64,000 nucleotides of DNA from an uncultured delta proteobacterium (GTDB lineage Bacteria; Myxococcota_A; Polyangia; Polyangiales; B10-G4): positions 64,001-128,000 of the forward strand of contig CAVSGI010000027.1 of the NCBI GenBank assembly GCA_963727445.1. Direction: 5' to 3'. This document shows positions 10,683 through 23,125 of the stretch, one piece after another; position 1 is the stretch's first letter, and the number at the start of each line of letters is the position of its first letter. A program made the position numbers and the translations under genes. The notes under the pieces are model-generated. The model was not told where the DNA came from. It ran no database searches and was given only the letters and a program-made list of their open reading frames with translations.

Positions 10683-12212
10683 ATGACGGCGAAGGTCTAC
10701 CTCCTCGGCGCGGGCCCGGGCGACCCGGGGCTCATCACCGAGCGGGCCAAACGGCGCCTCTCGGAGGCCGACGTCGTCCTATACGACGCGCTGGTGCACC
10801 CAGACCTCCTCGCCCACTGCCGAAGAGACGCAGAGCAGGTCTTCGTCGGCAAGCGCGCCGGGCAACCCTCTGTGCGGCAGGCGCGGATCAACGAGCGCAT
10901 GGCGACCGAGGCCCGCGCCGGCCGCGTCGTGGCGCGCCTCAAGGGCGGCGACCCCTACCTCTTCGGCCGCGGCTCGGAGGAGGCGGAGTTCCTCTCCGAA
11001 GCGGGCATTGCCTTCGAGGTCGTCCCCGGGGTGCCGTCGCCGGTCGTCGCCGCCGCCTACGCGGGGGTGAGCCTCACGCACCGCACGCTCTCGAGCTCGG
11101 TCGCCTACATCACCGCGACGGAGAGCGCCGAGAAGGACCGCACCTCCCACGACTGGGCGAAATTGGCGACCGCCACCGAGACGCTGGTGATCTTCATGGG
11201 GCTGCGCAAGCTGCGCGGACTGATGAAGCTCCTCGTCGATCACGGGCGGCCTCCCGACACGCCCGCGTGCGTGATCCAGAGCGCGTCGCTTCCTTCGCAG
11301 CGCACGGTGGTCGGCACCGTCTCCAACCTCGCCGATCGCGTGGAGGAAGCGGGCCTGGGGATGCCGTCGCTCACCATCGTGGGGCCGGTGGTGAGCCTGC
11401 GCGAAGAGCTGCGCTGGTTCGACCGCCTGCCGCTCTTCGGTAAGCGCGTGCTCGTCACCCGACCGAGCGGACAAGCGGCGGTGCTGAGCGAGCGGCTCAG
11501 GGACGAGGGCGCTCTGCCGATTGAGGCGCCGACCATCCGCATCGCGCCTCCGGAAGACGGCGCGCCACTCGAAGAGGCGGTGAAGGAGCTCGCGCGCTAC
11601 CAATGGGTGCTCTTCACCAGCAAGAACGGCGTGACGCGCTTCTTCGACGAGGTCGCACGACAGGGCGGCGACGCGCGCCGGCTCGGCGGCGCGAAGGTGG
11701 TCGCGATCGGGCCGGGGACGGCGAGCGCGCTCGCCGAGGTGGGGATCGTCGCCGATCGCGTCCCGAAGGAGCACATCGGCGAGGAGGTGGCCAAGTCGGT
11801 GCTCGAGGCACACGGCTCAGACCTCGAGGGCGTCCGGATCCTCCTGCCGCGGGCCGCGGTCGCGCGCGAAGCGCTGCCCGAGGCGCTCCGCGAGGCTGGC
11901 GCCGAGGTGGACGTGGTGCCGGCGTACCGGAACGTGCCCCCCGAGGGAGAGGCGGCTGCACGACTGCGGCGCCTGCTCCAGGATGGCGAGGTCGACATCG
12001 TGACCTTCACCGCCTCCTCCACCGTGCAGAACCTGGTCGACGTTCTGGGCGAAGACGCCCAAGCGCTCCTCGCACCCTTGACGATCGGCTCCATCGGGCC
12101 GATCACCACGGGGACCGCCGAGCGGCTCGGCCTGTCGGTCGCGGTCACGGCGAGCGAGTACACCAACGTCGGCCTGGTCGACGCCCTTCGAGACCATTTC
12201 CAGCAGCCATGA
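10683..12212 (+). CDS. cobA: Uroporphyrinogen-III C-methyltransferase / uroporphyrinogen-III synthase fusion (CobA-HemD)
   Basis: VYLLGAGPGDPGLIT, RLKGGDPYLFGRG; second half KRVLVTRP...FTSKNGV...FTASSTV (HemD). Confidence 0.95.
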   Translation: MTAKVYLLGAGPGDPGLITERAKRRLSEADVVLYDALVHPDLLAHCRRDAEQVFVGKRAGQPSVRQARINERMATEARAGRVVARLKGGDPYLFGRGSEEAEFLSEAGIAFEVVPGVPSPVVAAAYAGVSLTHRTLSSSVAYITATESAEKDRTSHDWAKLATATETLVIFMGLRKLRGLMKLLVDHGRPPDTPACVIQSASLPSQRTVVGTVSNLADRVEEAGLGMPSLTIVGPVVSLREELRWFDRLPLFGKRVLVTRPSGQAAVLSERLRDEGALPIEAPTIRIAPPEDGAPLEEAVKELARYQWVLFTSKNGVTRFFDEVARQGGDARRLGGAKVVAIGPGTASALAEVGIVADRVPKEHIGEEVAKSVLEAHGSDLEGVRILLPRAAVAREALPEALREAGAEVDVVPAYRNVPPEGEAAARLRRLLQDGEVDIVTFTASSTVQNLVDVLGEDAQALLAPLTIGSIGPITTGTAERLGLSVAVTASEYTNVGLVDALRDHFQQP

Positions 12213-12604
12213 GGCGCATCAAAGACACGCTGTGCATCGCATCCCTCGGGCTCGTCCTGACGCTCGGGCTCGGCTGCAACCGCACCCTCGCCCCGTCGAC
12301 CATCGAGGTGGGCCTCGCCGATCATCCGCCGAGCGCCGGGATGACCGACGGCGACGAGTGGCAGAGCGTGGACTGGCTGGGCGATCCGTGGCTCCGCTAC
12401 CCGGGCCGCGCGACGTTGATCATGGAGCACGAGCTGGGGCGGATGCCCTCGAGCGTCCTCGTCTACCTGAGCTTCTCGCCCGACGGATCCGCCGCCGCCC
12501 TCACCGCGGGCTCCACCGCGCAGATCGAATCGGTGGACGAGCGCTTCGTGACGATCACCAACAACACGGACGCGGACTTCTTCATCCGCGTCGTGGTGCG
12601 TTGA
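12209..12604 (+). CDS. Hypothetical lipoprotein
   Basis: ATGA overlap with cobA stop; signal MRRIKDTLCIASLGLVLTLGLGC. Confidence 0.75.
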   Translation: MRRIKDTLCIASLGLVLTLGLGCNRTLAPSTIEVGLADHPPSAGMTDGDEWQSVDWLGDPWLRYPGRATLIMEHELGRMPSSVLVYLSFSPDGSAAALTAGSTAQIESVDERFVTITNNTDADFFIRVVVR

Positions 12605-13071
12605 AGGCTCGGAGTGTCGCCCCTGTGAAGCGCTTCGAGATGGACGCGGGGGCCGAGCGAGCCACCGGACGCTTTCGTCTCGTCGCAGCGATGGTCACCC
12701 TGGCCGCGGTGGTCTGGCTCGCCACCTCGGGCCCCGGGATGGTGGGATGGGCGATCGCGGTCCTCGGGACCCTGGTCTCGGTGGGTTGGCTCGCTTCCTA
12801 CCGGCGCGGCCGGCGACGAGCCGCCGAGGCCCATCGATTCTTCTTGGAGCTCGACACCGAGGGATTGACCCTGGCGGAGGGCGAGGTCGAGCACCATATC
12901 GCCTGGGCCGACATGAAAGACGTGGAAGTGGACGAAGAGCGCCTGGTGGTCTCCGTCTCCCGGCGCGGGGGGCCGCCCCTGACGATTCAGCCCAGATACC
13001 GGGGGGTTTCCCTCCTCGAGCTGGCCACCGCAATCCGAGAAGGTGCCGCGGGCGCCGAGATGGTTAAATGA
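12601..13071 (+). CDS. Hypothetical membrane protein (2 TM plus bacterial PH-like tail)
   Basis: TTGA overlap; two hydrophobic helices, then LELDTEGLTL...IAWADMKDV. Confidence 0.65.
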   Translation: MKARSVAPVKRFEMDAGAERATGRFRLVAAMVTLAAVVWLATSGPGMVGWAIAVLGTLVSVGWLASYRRGRRRAAEAHRFFLELDTEGLTLAEGEVEHHIAWADMKDVEVDEERLVVSVSRRGGPPLTIQPRYRGVSLLELATAIREGAAGAEMVK

Positions 13072-13077
13072 CCCGAG

Positions 13078-13398
13078 ATGGCGGATCGCTTCGAAAACGA
13101 CGAAGGGGTCATCACGCGGACCCAGGCAGAGAAGAAGGTCGCTCGACCGAAGCTCTACAAGGTCCTCATGCACAACGACGACTACACGACCCGCGAGTTC
13201 GTCGTCGAGGTGCTCAAGCACGTCTTCCACCAGTCGGAGAGCGACGCCGTGCAGATCATGCTGCACGTCCACCACAACGGTCTCGGCATCGCCGGCGTCT
13301 ACACCCGGGAGATCGCCGAGACCAAGATCACCCGCGTCGAGCACCTGGCGCGGGAGTGCGAGTTCCCCTTGAGGCTCACGATGGAGCCCGAGGAATGA
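13078..13398 (+). CDS. clpS: ATP-dependent Clp protease adaptor ClpS
   Basis: YKVLMHNDDYTTREFVVEVL...MLHVH...EIAETK...FPLR. Confidence 0.97.
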   Translation: MADRFENDEGVITRTQAEKKVARPKLYKVLMHNDDYTTREFVVEVLKHVFHQSESDAVQIMLHVHHNGLGIAGVYTREIAETKITRVEHLARECEFPLRLTMEPEE

Positions 13399-13408
13399 TG
13401 CGATAGCC

Positions 13409-15684
<2,276 letters not shown>

Positions 15685-15747
15685 GCTGGCTCCTGGCCGC
15701 GCGGCACCAAAAGTTGAAAAGTGTAGACCGTCCCCGGCAGCGGGGCC

Positions 15748-16068
15748 TCAGAGCGACGGCCAGAGCACGACGTAGAAGATCATCAGCGCGACGCTCGCGA
15801 CGATGCCGGCGATGCAGCCGCAGCCGATGGGCGCGCCCACGGCGATCCCCATGCCCTTCTTGCGCGCGAGCAGCGCGGGCAGCCACGCGACGAGCCCAGC
15901 GACGATGAAAGGAACCGTCATGTAGCTGACGGTGACGGCTTCCTCTTCGCGCATCTCGGAAGCGGCGATGCCCGTGAGCACGCAAGCGATGAGGGAGACG
16001 AAGAGCATCGCCGCCGACAGGCCGACGCCGATCCAGGTGCCCTTCTCTTCCGGCTTCTGTTCCGTCAT
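15748..16068 (-). CDS. Small hypothetical membrane protein (3 TM)
   Basis: MTEQKPEEKGTWIGVGLSAAML... with three hydrophobic stretches. Confidence 0.7.
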   Translation of the reverse strand: MTEQKPEEKGTWIGVGLSAAMLFVSLIACVLTGIAASEMREEEAVTVSYMTVPFIVAGLVAWLPALLARKKGMGIAVGAPIGCGCIAGIVASVALMIFYVVLWPSL

Positions 16069-16118
16069 GGCCGCGGAAGGTACAGCCATCTCTGGGAGTT
16101 GGCTACGAGGTGCTCCGC

Positions 16119-16786
16119 TCAGCGACGGCCACCCCGGAGGCGCTCCACGCGCGCGAAGAGCGCATCGGTCGTCACCTTCGAGGGGGTGATGGGCGCCCCC
16201 ACCGTCACCTCCACCCGTGAGCGCCACGCGCGGGGCAGCTTGGTGCAGGGCGCGCCGCCCTTGCGGCTGAAGAAGCTCCCCCACAGCCCGGTGAGCGCGA
16301 CCGGAACGACAGGCACCGGACGGCGGCGGACGATGCGCACGACGCCCTCCTTGAAGGGCTTCATCTCTCCGTCCGGCGTCATCTTGCCCTCGGGACAGAT
16401 CGCGACGAGATCGCCGGACGCGAGCGCGGCGCCGATCGCCTCGTAGGCGCGCGCGAGTAGCGCCGGGTCCTCCTTCTGCGTCGCGATGGGGATCGCGCCA
16501 AAAGCGTCGAAGATCCACCGGAGCAGCGGACGGTCGTAGTCTTTGAAGTGCATCACGAAGCGCGGAACGCGGGTGCAGGTCACGGCGATGAGGAGCCAGT
16601 CGATCACCGAGACGTGGTTGTGGATCACGACAGCCGGTCCCTCTTCGGGGATGTTCTCGCGGCCGCGGAGCCGCAGCCGATAGGCGAGCGAGAGAGCGCT
16701 CGATGAGCACGATGCGCAGGAGCTGGATGAAGAGCCCATCGGGCCCGGGGCGCGGGATGAGACGAGGCGTCGTCGATGGCGATCAT
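16119..16786 (-). CDS. PlsC-like 1-acyl-sn-glycerol-3-phosphate acyltransferase; N-terminus apparently frameshifted
   Basis: NHVSVID, ICPEG, PVVPVAL motifs; frames disagree around 16695-16745, so the start is uncertain. Confidence 0.8.
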
Positions 16787-16962
16787 GGCCGTGCCGAGTG
16801 CAGCGGACGTGCCACCAGGTTTTCCCGGTCCGCCTCGCCCGGCCTGTGCAACTCCCTTCCCGCCGCGGTCGGGCCTCGTGCAACCCAGTGCACGCTCCCA
16901 CCGCACCCCCCCCGGAATCATGGAGCTCATGGCCTGGCACCGCTCCTGAAGAGGGGGAGCGC

Positions 16963-17850
16963 ATGGACCCTCGTGCCTGCCTCTTCGCTCGCCGCGTCGC
17001 GCTGAGCCTCCTCTTCGGTCTGGCCTTTCCCACCAGCGCCGACGCCCAGGACGAGCCCCGCGGCGCCGGCACCCGGTTCGTCGCTCGCCAGCAGCTCGGG
17101 CTTCTCCTCAACCCCATGGGCGCCGAGCACCGCCTCGAGCTCGCGGGCCGCGCGAGCATCGGCGACCAGAGCTCTCTGCTCTTCCAGGGCGCGCACCTCG
17201 AGGTCGGCGTGGCCAACGCGGTCTCCCCCGTGTACGCGGTCGGCGCCGGATACGTCGAGCTCTCGCCGCTGTCGGTTCTTGTGTTGCGCGCGGAGGTCGG
17301 CGGAGAGGGCATCTGGCCCATCGGGTTGAAGGGCGCGGGCTACTACGGCCTCTGCGAGTACGACCACTACCTGAACCCGAACGACCTATCCCCCCAGGCC
17401 GCGCGCAGCGCCGCCGGGTGGCGCGCGGCCTTCAGCGGAACGCTCCAGGGCATGGTGTCCCTCGGCGGCGTGCGCCTTCTCTTCCTCGACCAGTTCGAGG
17501 GCGAGCGCGCTCACGTGGGCGACTCCCCCTACTACTACGATCAACGCAACGACATCGTCCGGGCGCAGACCGATTGGCTGTTGAAGAACGACGTCTTCCT
17601 CGGCCTCGAGCGTGACGTGGAGGCGGACACCATGCTCCGCCTGGGCGTCTACGACAGCCTTCGTGTGCGGCCCGCCTCGAGCGACGTGAACCACCAGCTC
17701 GGGCCCATGGTCATGGTCGTCTTCCGCCGCCCGAACCGCACCCTGTCCTCCATCACCCCCTTCGTTCGCGGCGGCTACTACACGCATCACGGCTCGCGGC
17801 AGCACTCGACCACCATCCTCGGCGGCATCAGCCTGGAGTACGACCTGTGA
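16963..17850 (+). CDS. Secreted, probably outer-membrane beta-barrel protein
   Basis: Signal peptide ending ADA-Q; alternating beta-strand pattern; C-terminus ISLEYDL. Confidence 0.6.
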   Translation: MDPRACLFARRVALSLLFGLAFPTSADAQDEPRGAGTRFVARQQLGLLLNPMGAEHRLELAGRASIGDQSSLLFQGAHLEVGVANAVSPVYAVGAGYVELSPLSVLVLRAEVGGEGIWPIGLKGAGYYGLCEYDHYLNPNDLSPQAARSAAGWRAAFSGTLQGMVSLGGVRLLFLDQFEGERAHVGDSPYYYDQRNDIVRAQTDWLLKNDVFLGLERDVEADTMLRLGVYDSLRVRPASSDVNHQLGPMVMVVFRRPNRTLSSITPFVRGGYYTHHGSRQHSTTILGGISLEYDL

Positions 17851-19310
17851 GCAACCGAAGCCGCACCCTGCTCGCCTTCGGCGCCTCGGGCTTCGCCCAG
17901 AACGTCATGGGCACGCTCCTCGGCGTCCACCTCTTCGTCTTCTACACCGACGTCGCCGGCCTCGCGCCACTCTGGGTCTCGGGCGGGCTCATCGTCGCCA
18001 CCGTGTGGGACGCCGTCTCCGACCTTTGGATGGGGCGCATCTCCGATGCCACGCGCTCGCGTTTCGGTCGGCGGCGCCCCTACATCCTCGCTGGCGCCCT
18101 CCCCGTCGGCCTCGCCTTCGTCATGCTCCTCTGCCCGCCCGAAGGGCTCGAAGGCGCGGCCCTCGGCCTCTACTTCACCGTCGCCCTGCTCCTGCTCTTC
18201 ACCGCCAAGACGGTGACCCAGGTGCCCGCGCTGAGCCTCCTGCCCGAGCTCGCCGGCGGCTACGAGGAGCGCACGCGCTTCGCCGCCGCGCGGGAGCTCT
18301 TCGGCAACGTGGGCGACCTGGTCGGGCTGCTGTTGCCCATCGTCATCCTGCTGCTCCTCGCAGGTCCGGACGGCGCGGACGATCCAGTCGCTGCCCGTGA
18401 AGCCTTCCGCCGCGCGGCCGTGGTGGGAGGCGCGCTCGCCGCCACCGCGCTCCTCATCACCTTCGCCGGCACCCGCGAGCGCCCGCTTTCGCGCAGCGCC
18501 GAGCCCGCGCCCCTCGGCGACGTGCTCCGCGCCCTCAGACACGACCGCGCCCTCGGCGCCCTGCTCGGCGCGGCGTGCCTGGGCGCGATCGCCTTCGCCT
18601 TCGTGCAGTCCCTCGTCCTGTACGTGCTCGAGCACGTGATGGGCGAAACCAATCCCGTCGTCCACCTCGCGGCCTTCGTGACCAACGCCCTCGCGGCCAT
18701 CGCGTCCTACCCGCTCTGGACGCGCATCGCCAATCGCTTCGGAAAGCCCACCGCCTTCCGCGCGGGCCTCTCGCTCTCGAGCGTGACCTTCGCCTCGGTC
18801 TTCTTCATCGGCCCCGGGACCTACGGCCTGCTCTTCGCCGTGATGGCCTTCTCCGGCGCGGCCAACGTCGGGTTCTGGGTGACCCTGCACGCGCTCAACG
18901 CGGACGTGACGGACCTGGACGAGCTCGCGAGCGGCGAGCGACGCGAAGGGCTCTTCGCCGGCTTCGCGGCGCTGGTGCGGAAGATGGCCTTCGCCCTGGC
19001 CGCCGCGGGCGTGGGCGTGGGGCTCACCCTCGTCGGCTATGAAGCGGGGTCCGCCCCCTCCGCCGAGACCGTCTTCGGGCTCGAGCTCCTCTTCGCGGCG
19101 CCGCCGACGGCACTCGTCCTCTGCGCGCTCGCCGTCTTCTCGCGCTTCAATCTCACGCGCGAGCGACAGGCCGAGGTGCGCGCGCTCCTCGATCAGCGCG
19201 CGGCGGCTCTGCGCACCATGAGCGTGACCGCGCCGCTCCGCGAGAGCATCCCGGGGCCCAGCACCGGATCGTTCCTGCGCGACTCGAGGCCGTCGGCGGT
19301 CACCTCGTAG
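17847..19310 (+). CDS. MFS transporter, GPH/MelB family
   Basis: WDAVSDLWMGRISDATRSRFGRRRPY; ADVTDLDELASGERREGLF. Confidence 0.9.
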   Translation: MSNRSRTLLAFGASGFAQNVMGTLLGVHLFVFYTDVAGLAPLWVSGGLIVATVWDAVSDLWMGRISDATRSRFGRRRPYILAGALPVGLAFVMLLCPPEGLEGAALGLYFTVALLLLFTAKTVTQVPALSLLPELAGGYEERTRFAAARELFGNVGDLVGLLLPIVILLLLAGPDGADDPVAAREAFRRAAVVGGALAATALLITFAGTRERPLSRSAEPAPLGDVLRALRHDRALGALLGAACLGAIAFAFVQSLVLYVLEHVMGETNPVVHLAAFVTNALAAIASYPLWTRIANRFGKPTAFRAGLSLSSVTFASVFFIGPGTYGLLFAVMAFSGAANVGFWVTLHALNADVTDLDELASGERREGLFAGFAALVRKMAFALAAAGVGVGLTLVGYEAGSAPSAETVFGLELLFAAPPTALVLCALAVFSRFNLTRERQAEVRALLDQRAAALRTMSVTAPLRESIPGPSTGSFLRDSRPSAVTS

Positions 19311-19804
19311 CCCTCGGCGGCCTGGGCTTCGAGGGTGAGCTGCCCGCGCGCGCCGCGGGTGCGCACCTCGACCGAGAGCGGCCCGCGTCCCCATGCGTCG
19401 TCCGGAAGCTCCGCCGCGTAGAGCGCCACCGCCCGGATCCCCGACCGGCTTCCCTCCCGGGGTGGCGCCGGGAACGCGATGCTCTCGATCGTGAGCGGCA
19501 CCTCTTCGTCTCTCACCACGAGCGACAGACCGTGACGCACGCGCGGCCCGATGGTCTGCACCCGCGCCAGTCGCTCGAGGGCCGTCTCCACCACGCCGTC
19601 GTCGCTCGCATCGTAGCGCGCCCGAAGCCCGTCGGCGATGCGCCCCGGTCGCACCTCGTAGGCCACCATCATCAGGACCCGGTCGGCCTCCACCGAGACC
19701 ACCAGCCGCCGGGTCTCCTCGAAGTCGTGCGCGCTCCCTCCCGCCGGAAGCGCGAGCGCGGCGGCGAGCAGTGCGAAGGTGGCGATGCGAAGCCGGCGGT
19801 TCAT
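19193..19804 (-). CDS. Hypothetical secreted protein (mature N-terminus HD)
   Basis: ATGA overlap with upstream gene; signal MNRRLRIATFALLAAALALPAGGSA-H. Confidence 0.65.
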   Translation of the reverse strand: MNRRLRIATFALLAAALALPAGGSAHDFEETRRLVVSVEADRVLMMVAYEVRPGRIADGLRARYDASDDGVVETALERLARVQTIGPRVRHGLSLVVRDEEVPLTIESIAFPAPPREGSRSGIRAVALYAAELPDDAWGRGPLSVEVRTRGARGQLTLEAQAAEGYEVTADGLESRRNDPVLGPGMLSRSGAVTLMVRRAAAR

Positions 19805-22800
19805 GGCGTGTGGGTGTGGGAGAGGCGGCGCATGATGGCGCCGAGGTCGTGGCGGACCGCGGGATCGCGTCCGAAGAGCCAGGGGGAGAGGGGCGGCGCC
19901 GGGGCCGAGGTGGTGGTGAAGATCGTCTGCGGCGGGGTGGGACCGCGCGGGAAGCCCGAGTCGTTCGCCGGGTCGGCCTGCACCTCCGGCGGCACGAGCC
20001 CCGGCGCCTCGAAGGGGTGATCGCCGTTGGTCACCCAGACCGGATTGGTGATGGCGTAGGCGGTATGCGGCAGGTTCTCGCTGGGCGTCGCGCTCCCGAG
20101 ACCGGGACCGAGCACGTCGACGCCGCCCGCGAGGGTGTTGACCGCCTCGGTGATCTGGAAGGGCGAGACCTCGAAGGGCCGGACCACCGGGAACATGCTG
20201 CGGTAGCCGATCACCTCCGCGACGAACCAGCTGTCGATCGGTTGCCCGCTCTCGTTTCGCGCGAGGGCCACGTCGAAGGCGAGCTCGATGGGATCGGCGG
20301 CGTAGTCGCGCGACTCGTCGAGCATCGCCACCTCGAGGATCTCGCCATTGCGCACGATGTTCAGTCGGCCGACCCCGACCCACGGCGCCGCGGAGATGCG
20401 CACCGTGAGGCGCAGGGAGTCGGGCGTGTCCGTCGAGAGGGTCTGTCCCATGGCGCCGCGCTCGCGGTCCTCGATCCACATCTCGACGAAGGGCCCGTTG
20501 GTGGCGATGGCGCGACCGCTCCTCAGGCCCCGGACGACGTCCAACTCGTCGAGCTCGCGCACGTCATCGGCGCCGACGTACACCATGGTGCGGAAGAACC
20601 CGGCCTCGCTCTGCACGTCGTGCGAGTCGCTGGTCCCGACGGCCACGAAGTGAAAGCCGCGATTCAAGAGGTTGTACCAATCGTCGACGACGCCCGGAAA
20701 CGCGGCCTGGCCGCTGTCGTCGGTGACGATGCCGCCCGTCGGCGGGAGGTCCGGCGGCGCATCGGGGGGAAGCGTCTCGGGCGTTCGGTAGGCGTGGATG
20801 TCGCGGAAGAGCTTGCCATTGACGACCTCGAGGAGCTCGAAGTCGAGGGAGAAGGTCGTCCGCCCGCCCGCGTCGACGAAAGCGGGCCCGGTCGGGGAGA
20901 GGAAGAAGTCGCTCAGGCCGGTGGGGAGCTGATCCATCGTGAAGGTGTCGCGCTTGAACTGGCCGAAATAGCCCAGCACCGGAGCCCGCGGATGGTTGAC
21001 CTGCACCAACGTCTCCTCGGGCCCGTACCGGCCCATGGCCCTCAGGCGCGCGAAGATCTCGTCGGGCGGCTTGTCGCTCCACTCGATCGCCCCACGCGTC
21101 ACGTTGGCGAGCTCGTAGCGGAGCGGATAGCCGTTGAAGTGGCCCGCCTCGATGGTGGTGACCTCGAGGCCGACGCTGCTCCCGAGGAAATCCGAGAGCC
21201 CCGCCTGGGCGATCGCCGGGCCGAAGTCGGTGACGTAGTTGTGGTCGCTCGACACCGCCCATTCGATCCCCTCGGCGGAAATCGAGCGCACCCGATGATT
21301 CAGATCGAGCGAGGAGTCGTGACTGTTCGCGCTGTGCAGGTGCATGTCCGCGGAGATGAAGCCGGGGCTGTCGACCACGCGGTGCAGGGTGTGCGCCAGG
21401 GTGACGGTGCGGCCGGGCAGGAGCTCGACCAGGTTCGAGTCGGTGTCGTACTCCGGGCCGCGGCTCGAGTGCACCTCGTAGACGCCGGGTCGCACCAGGA
21501 GCTCGGCGATGCCGTCGCTGTGCGTGAGGCCGTCGTTTTCGACGTAGCGGCGCGTGAGCGGATCGGTCGGGTCGTCGGGGACCAGGTCCTGCACCCGCGG
21601 GTGCTGGCCGACCGACAGGTCGTAGAGGAAGTCGCGGGGCCGCATGCCGACCCGCGACGCGTCGTAGGTCCCGATCACCGTCGCGCGCGCGGGCAGCGCC
21701 CTGCCCCGCTCGTCGTGGACGTGAACGACGAGCCGCGCAGGTGAGAGCGCCTCGAGATCGAGCGGCGTGGTGCGCCCGCCGACGATGGTGAAGTCGACGA
21801 AGTCGCTGAGCGGCCGGCCGGGACCGACGATGCGCGCGCTGTAGTCGCCGGGCTCGAGGGTGCCGCCGAAGGAGCCACCGGTGAAGACGTCGTACTGGCT
21901 GAAGATGGTGCGTCGTCCGTCGCCCAGACGCCGGTAGACGAGGACCGAGGCGTCGGTCGCGGCGGCGCCGCTCAGCGCGTCGAAGGCGCGCCCGCCGAGC
22001 CGTCCGGTGGCCACGCCCTTGATCCTGTTGACCTCGTCGAGCACCGAGCCGACATCCCCGCGGCCGACCACGAAATAGCGCGTCGCTTCGAAGGACTCGG
22101 AGGGCGGGAGCGTCGGCGGCGCCACCTCGTAGAAGATGGTGACGAAGCCGCCCGCCGCGAAGGGCACGAAGACCGAGGTCTGATCCACCGGCCCATCGTC
22201 CGCGTACTGATCGCGGTTCTGCCACACGTAGTTGCGCTCGCTCGGCGCAGCGACCAGGCCGTAGCTCACGCCGTCGCCCCGGGTGGCGACCCACGGCGCG
22301 GCCACGCCGGGCAGGGCCGGCAGCTCGCGGGGCGTCCGCGCGGCGTCCTCGATCCCGAAGCGGAGATCGAAGCCGATGCCGGGGACGAAGGCCTGACTCG
22401 ACGCGCTGAAGGCGGCGATGTCCCCCACGGGTATCGGCAGGTCGCTTCCGTCGAAACCGACGAGCTCGGCGAGTCGCGACGCGTCCGCGGTGGGAAAGCT
22501 GAGCGTGCCCGAGGAGATGTTCGTCACCTCGAGGGTGAGCTCGAGGTGACGCGCGCCGGGACGGAGCGTGTAGATCAATCTCGTAGCGGAGCCGCTGCTC
22601 CGACATGGGCTCGCGGTAGTCGGCGTGGCTGCCGAGGAGCAGCCGGTTCAAGACGCCCACCAGCTCGACGAAGTCCCCAGCGGTCCCCGTCGCCGCCACC
22701 ACCGCCGGCCCGCCGTCCGAGCCGTCGGCGCGCACCTCCACCGTCTGCACGTCGACCGCCTGCAGGAGGAAGGTGGGAAAGATCTCGCCGAGGGCGTCGA

Positions 22801-23125
22801 GGCCCACGCCGCCACGGGAGTCGCCCATCTCGCCGCCCCGGGGGCGCACCAGGTCGACGTCGATCAGCCCGCCCCCGTAGATGCCGAGGGTGCGCGAGTG
22901 GGTGGGGCCCTGGACGATGACGCGCACCTGATCGTTGTCGAGGCGGAAGTCACCGACCTCGCCGAGCGCCCGCGGACCACCGATGAGATCGGTGCGGTTC
23001 TCGACGAGGCGCGCCCGCGCCTGCACGGGCGCCTCCACCGCGCAGCTCGTGGACGCGAGCGCCGCGAGGAGGGAGACGGCGAGGACGAAGGGGGGAGGCG
23101 TCGTACTGCGAAGCCGGGAGCGCAT
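19801..23125 (-). CDS. CehA/McbA-type PHP metallohydrolase lipoprotein, frameshift near 22577
   Basis: Lipobox STSC; ADMHLHS, SDHN, GLE..GHFNGYP, NHPR, GTSDSH; two ORFs join at YEI|IYTL. Confidence 0.82.
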
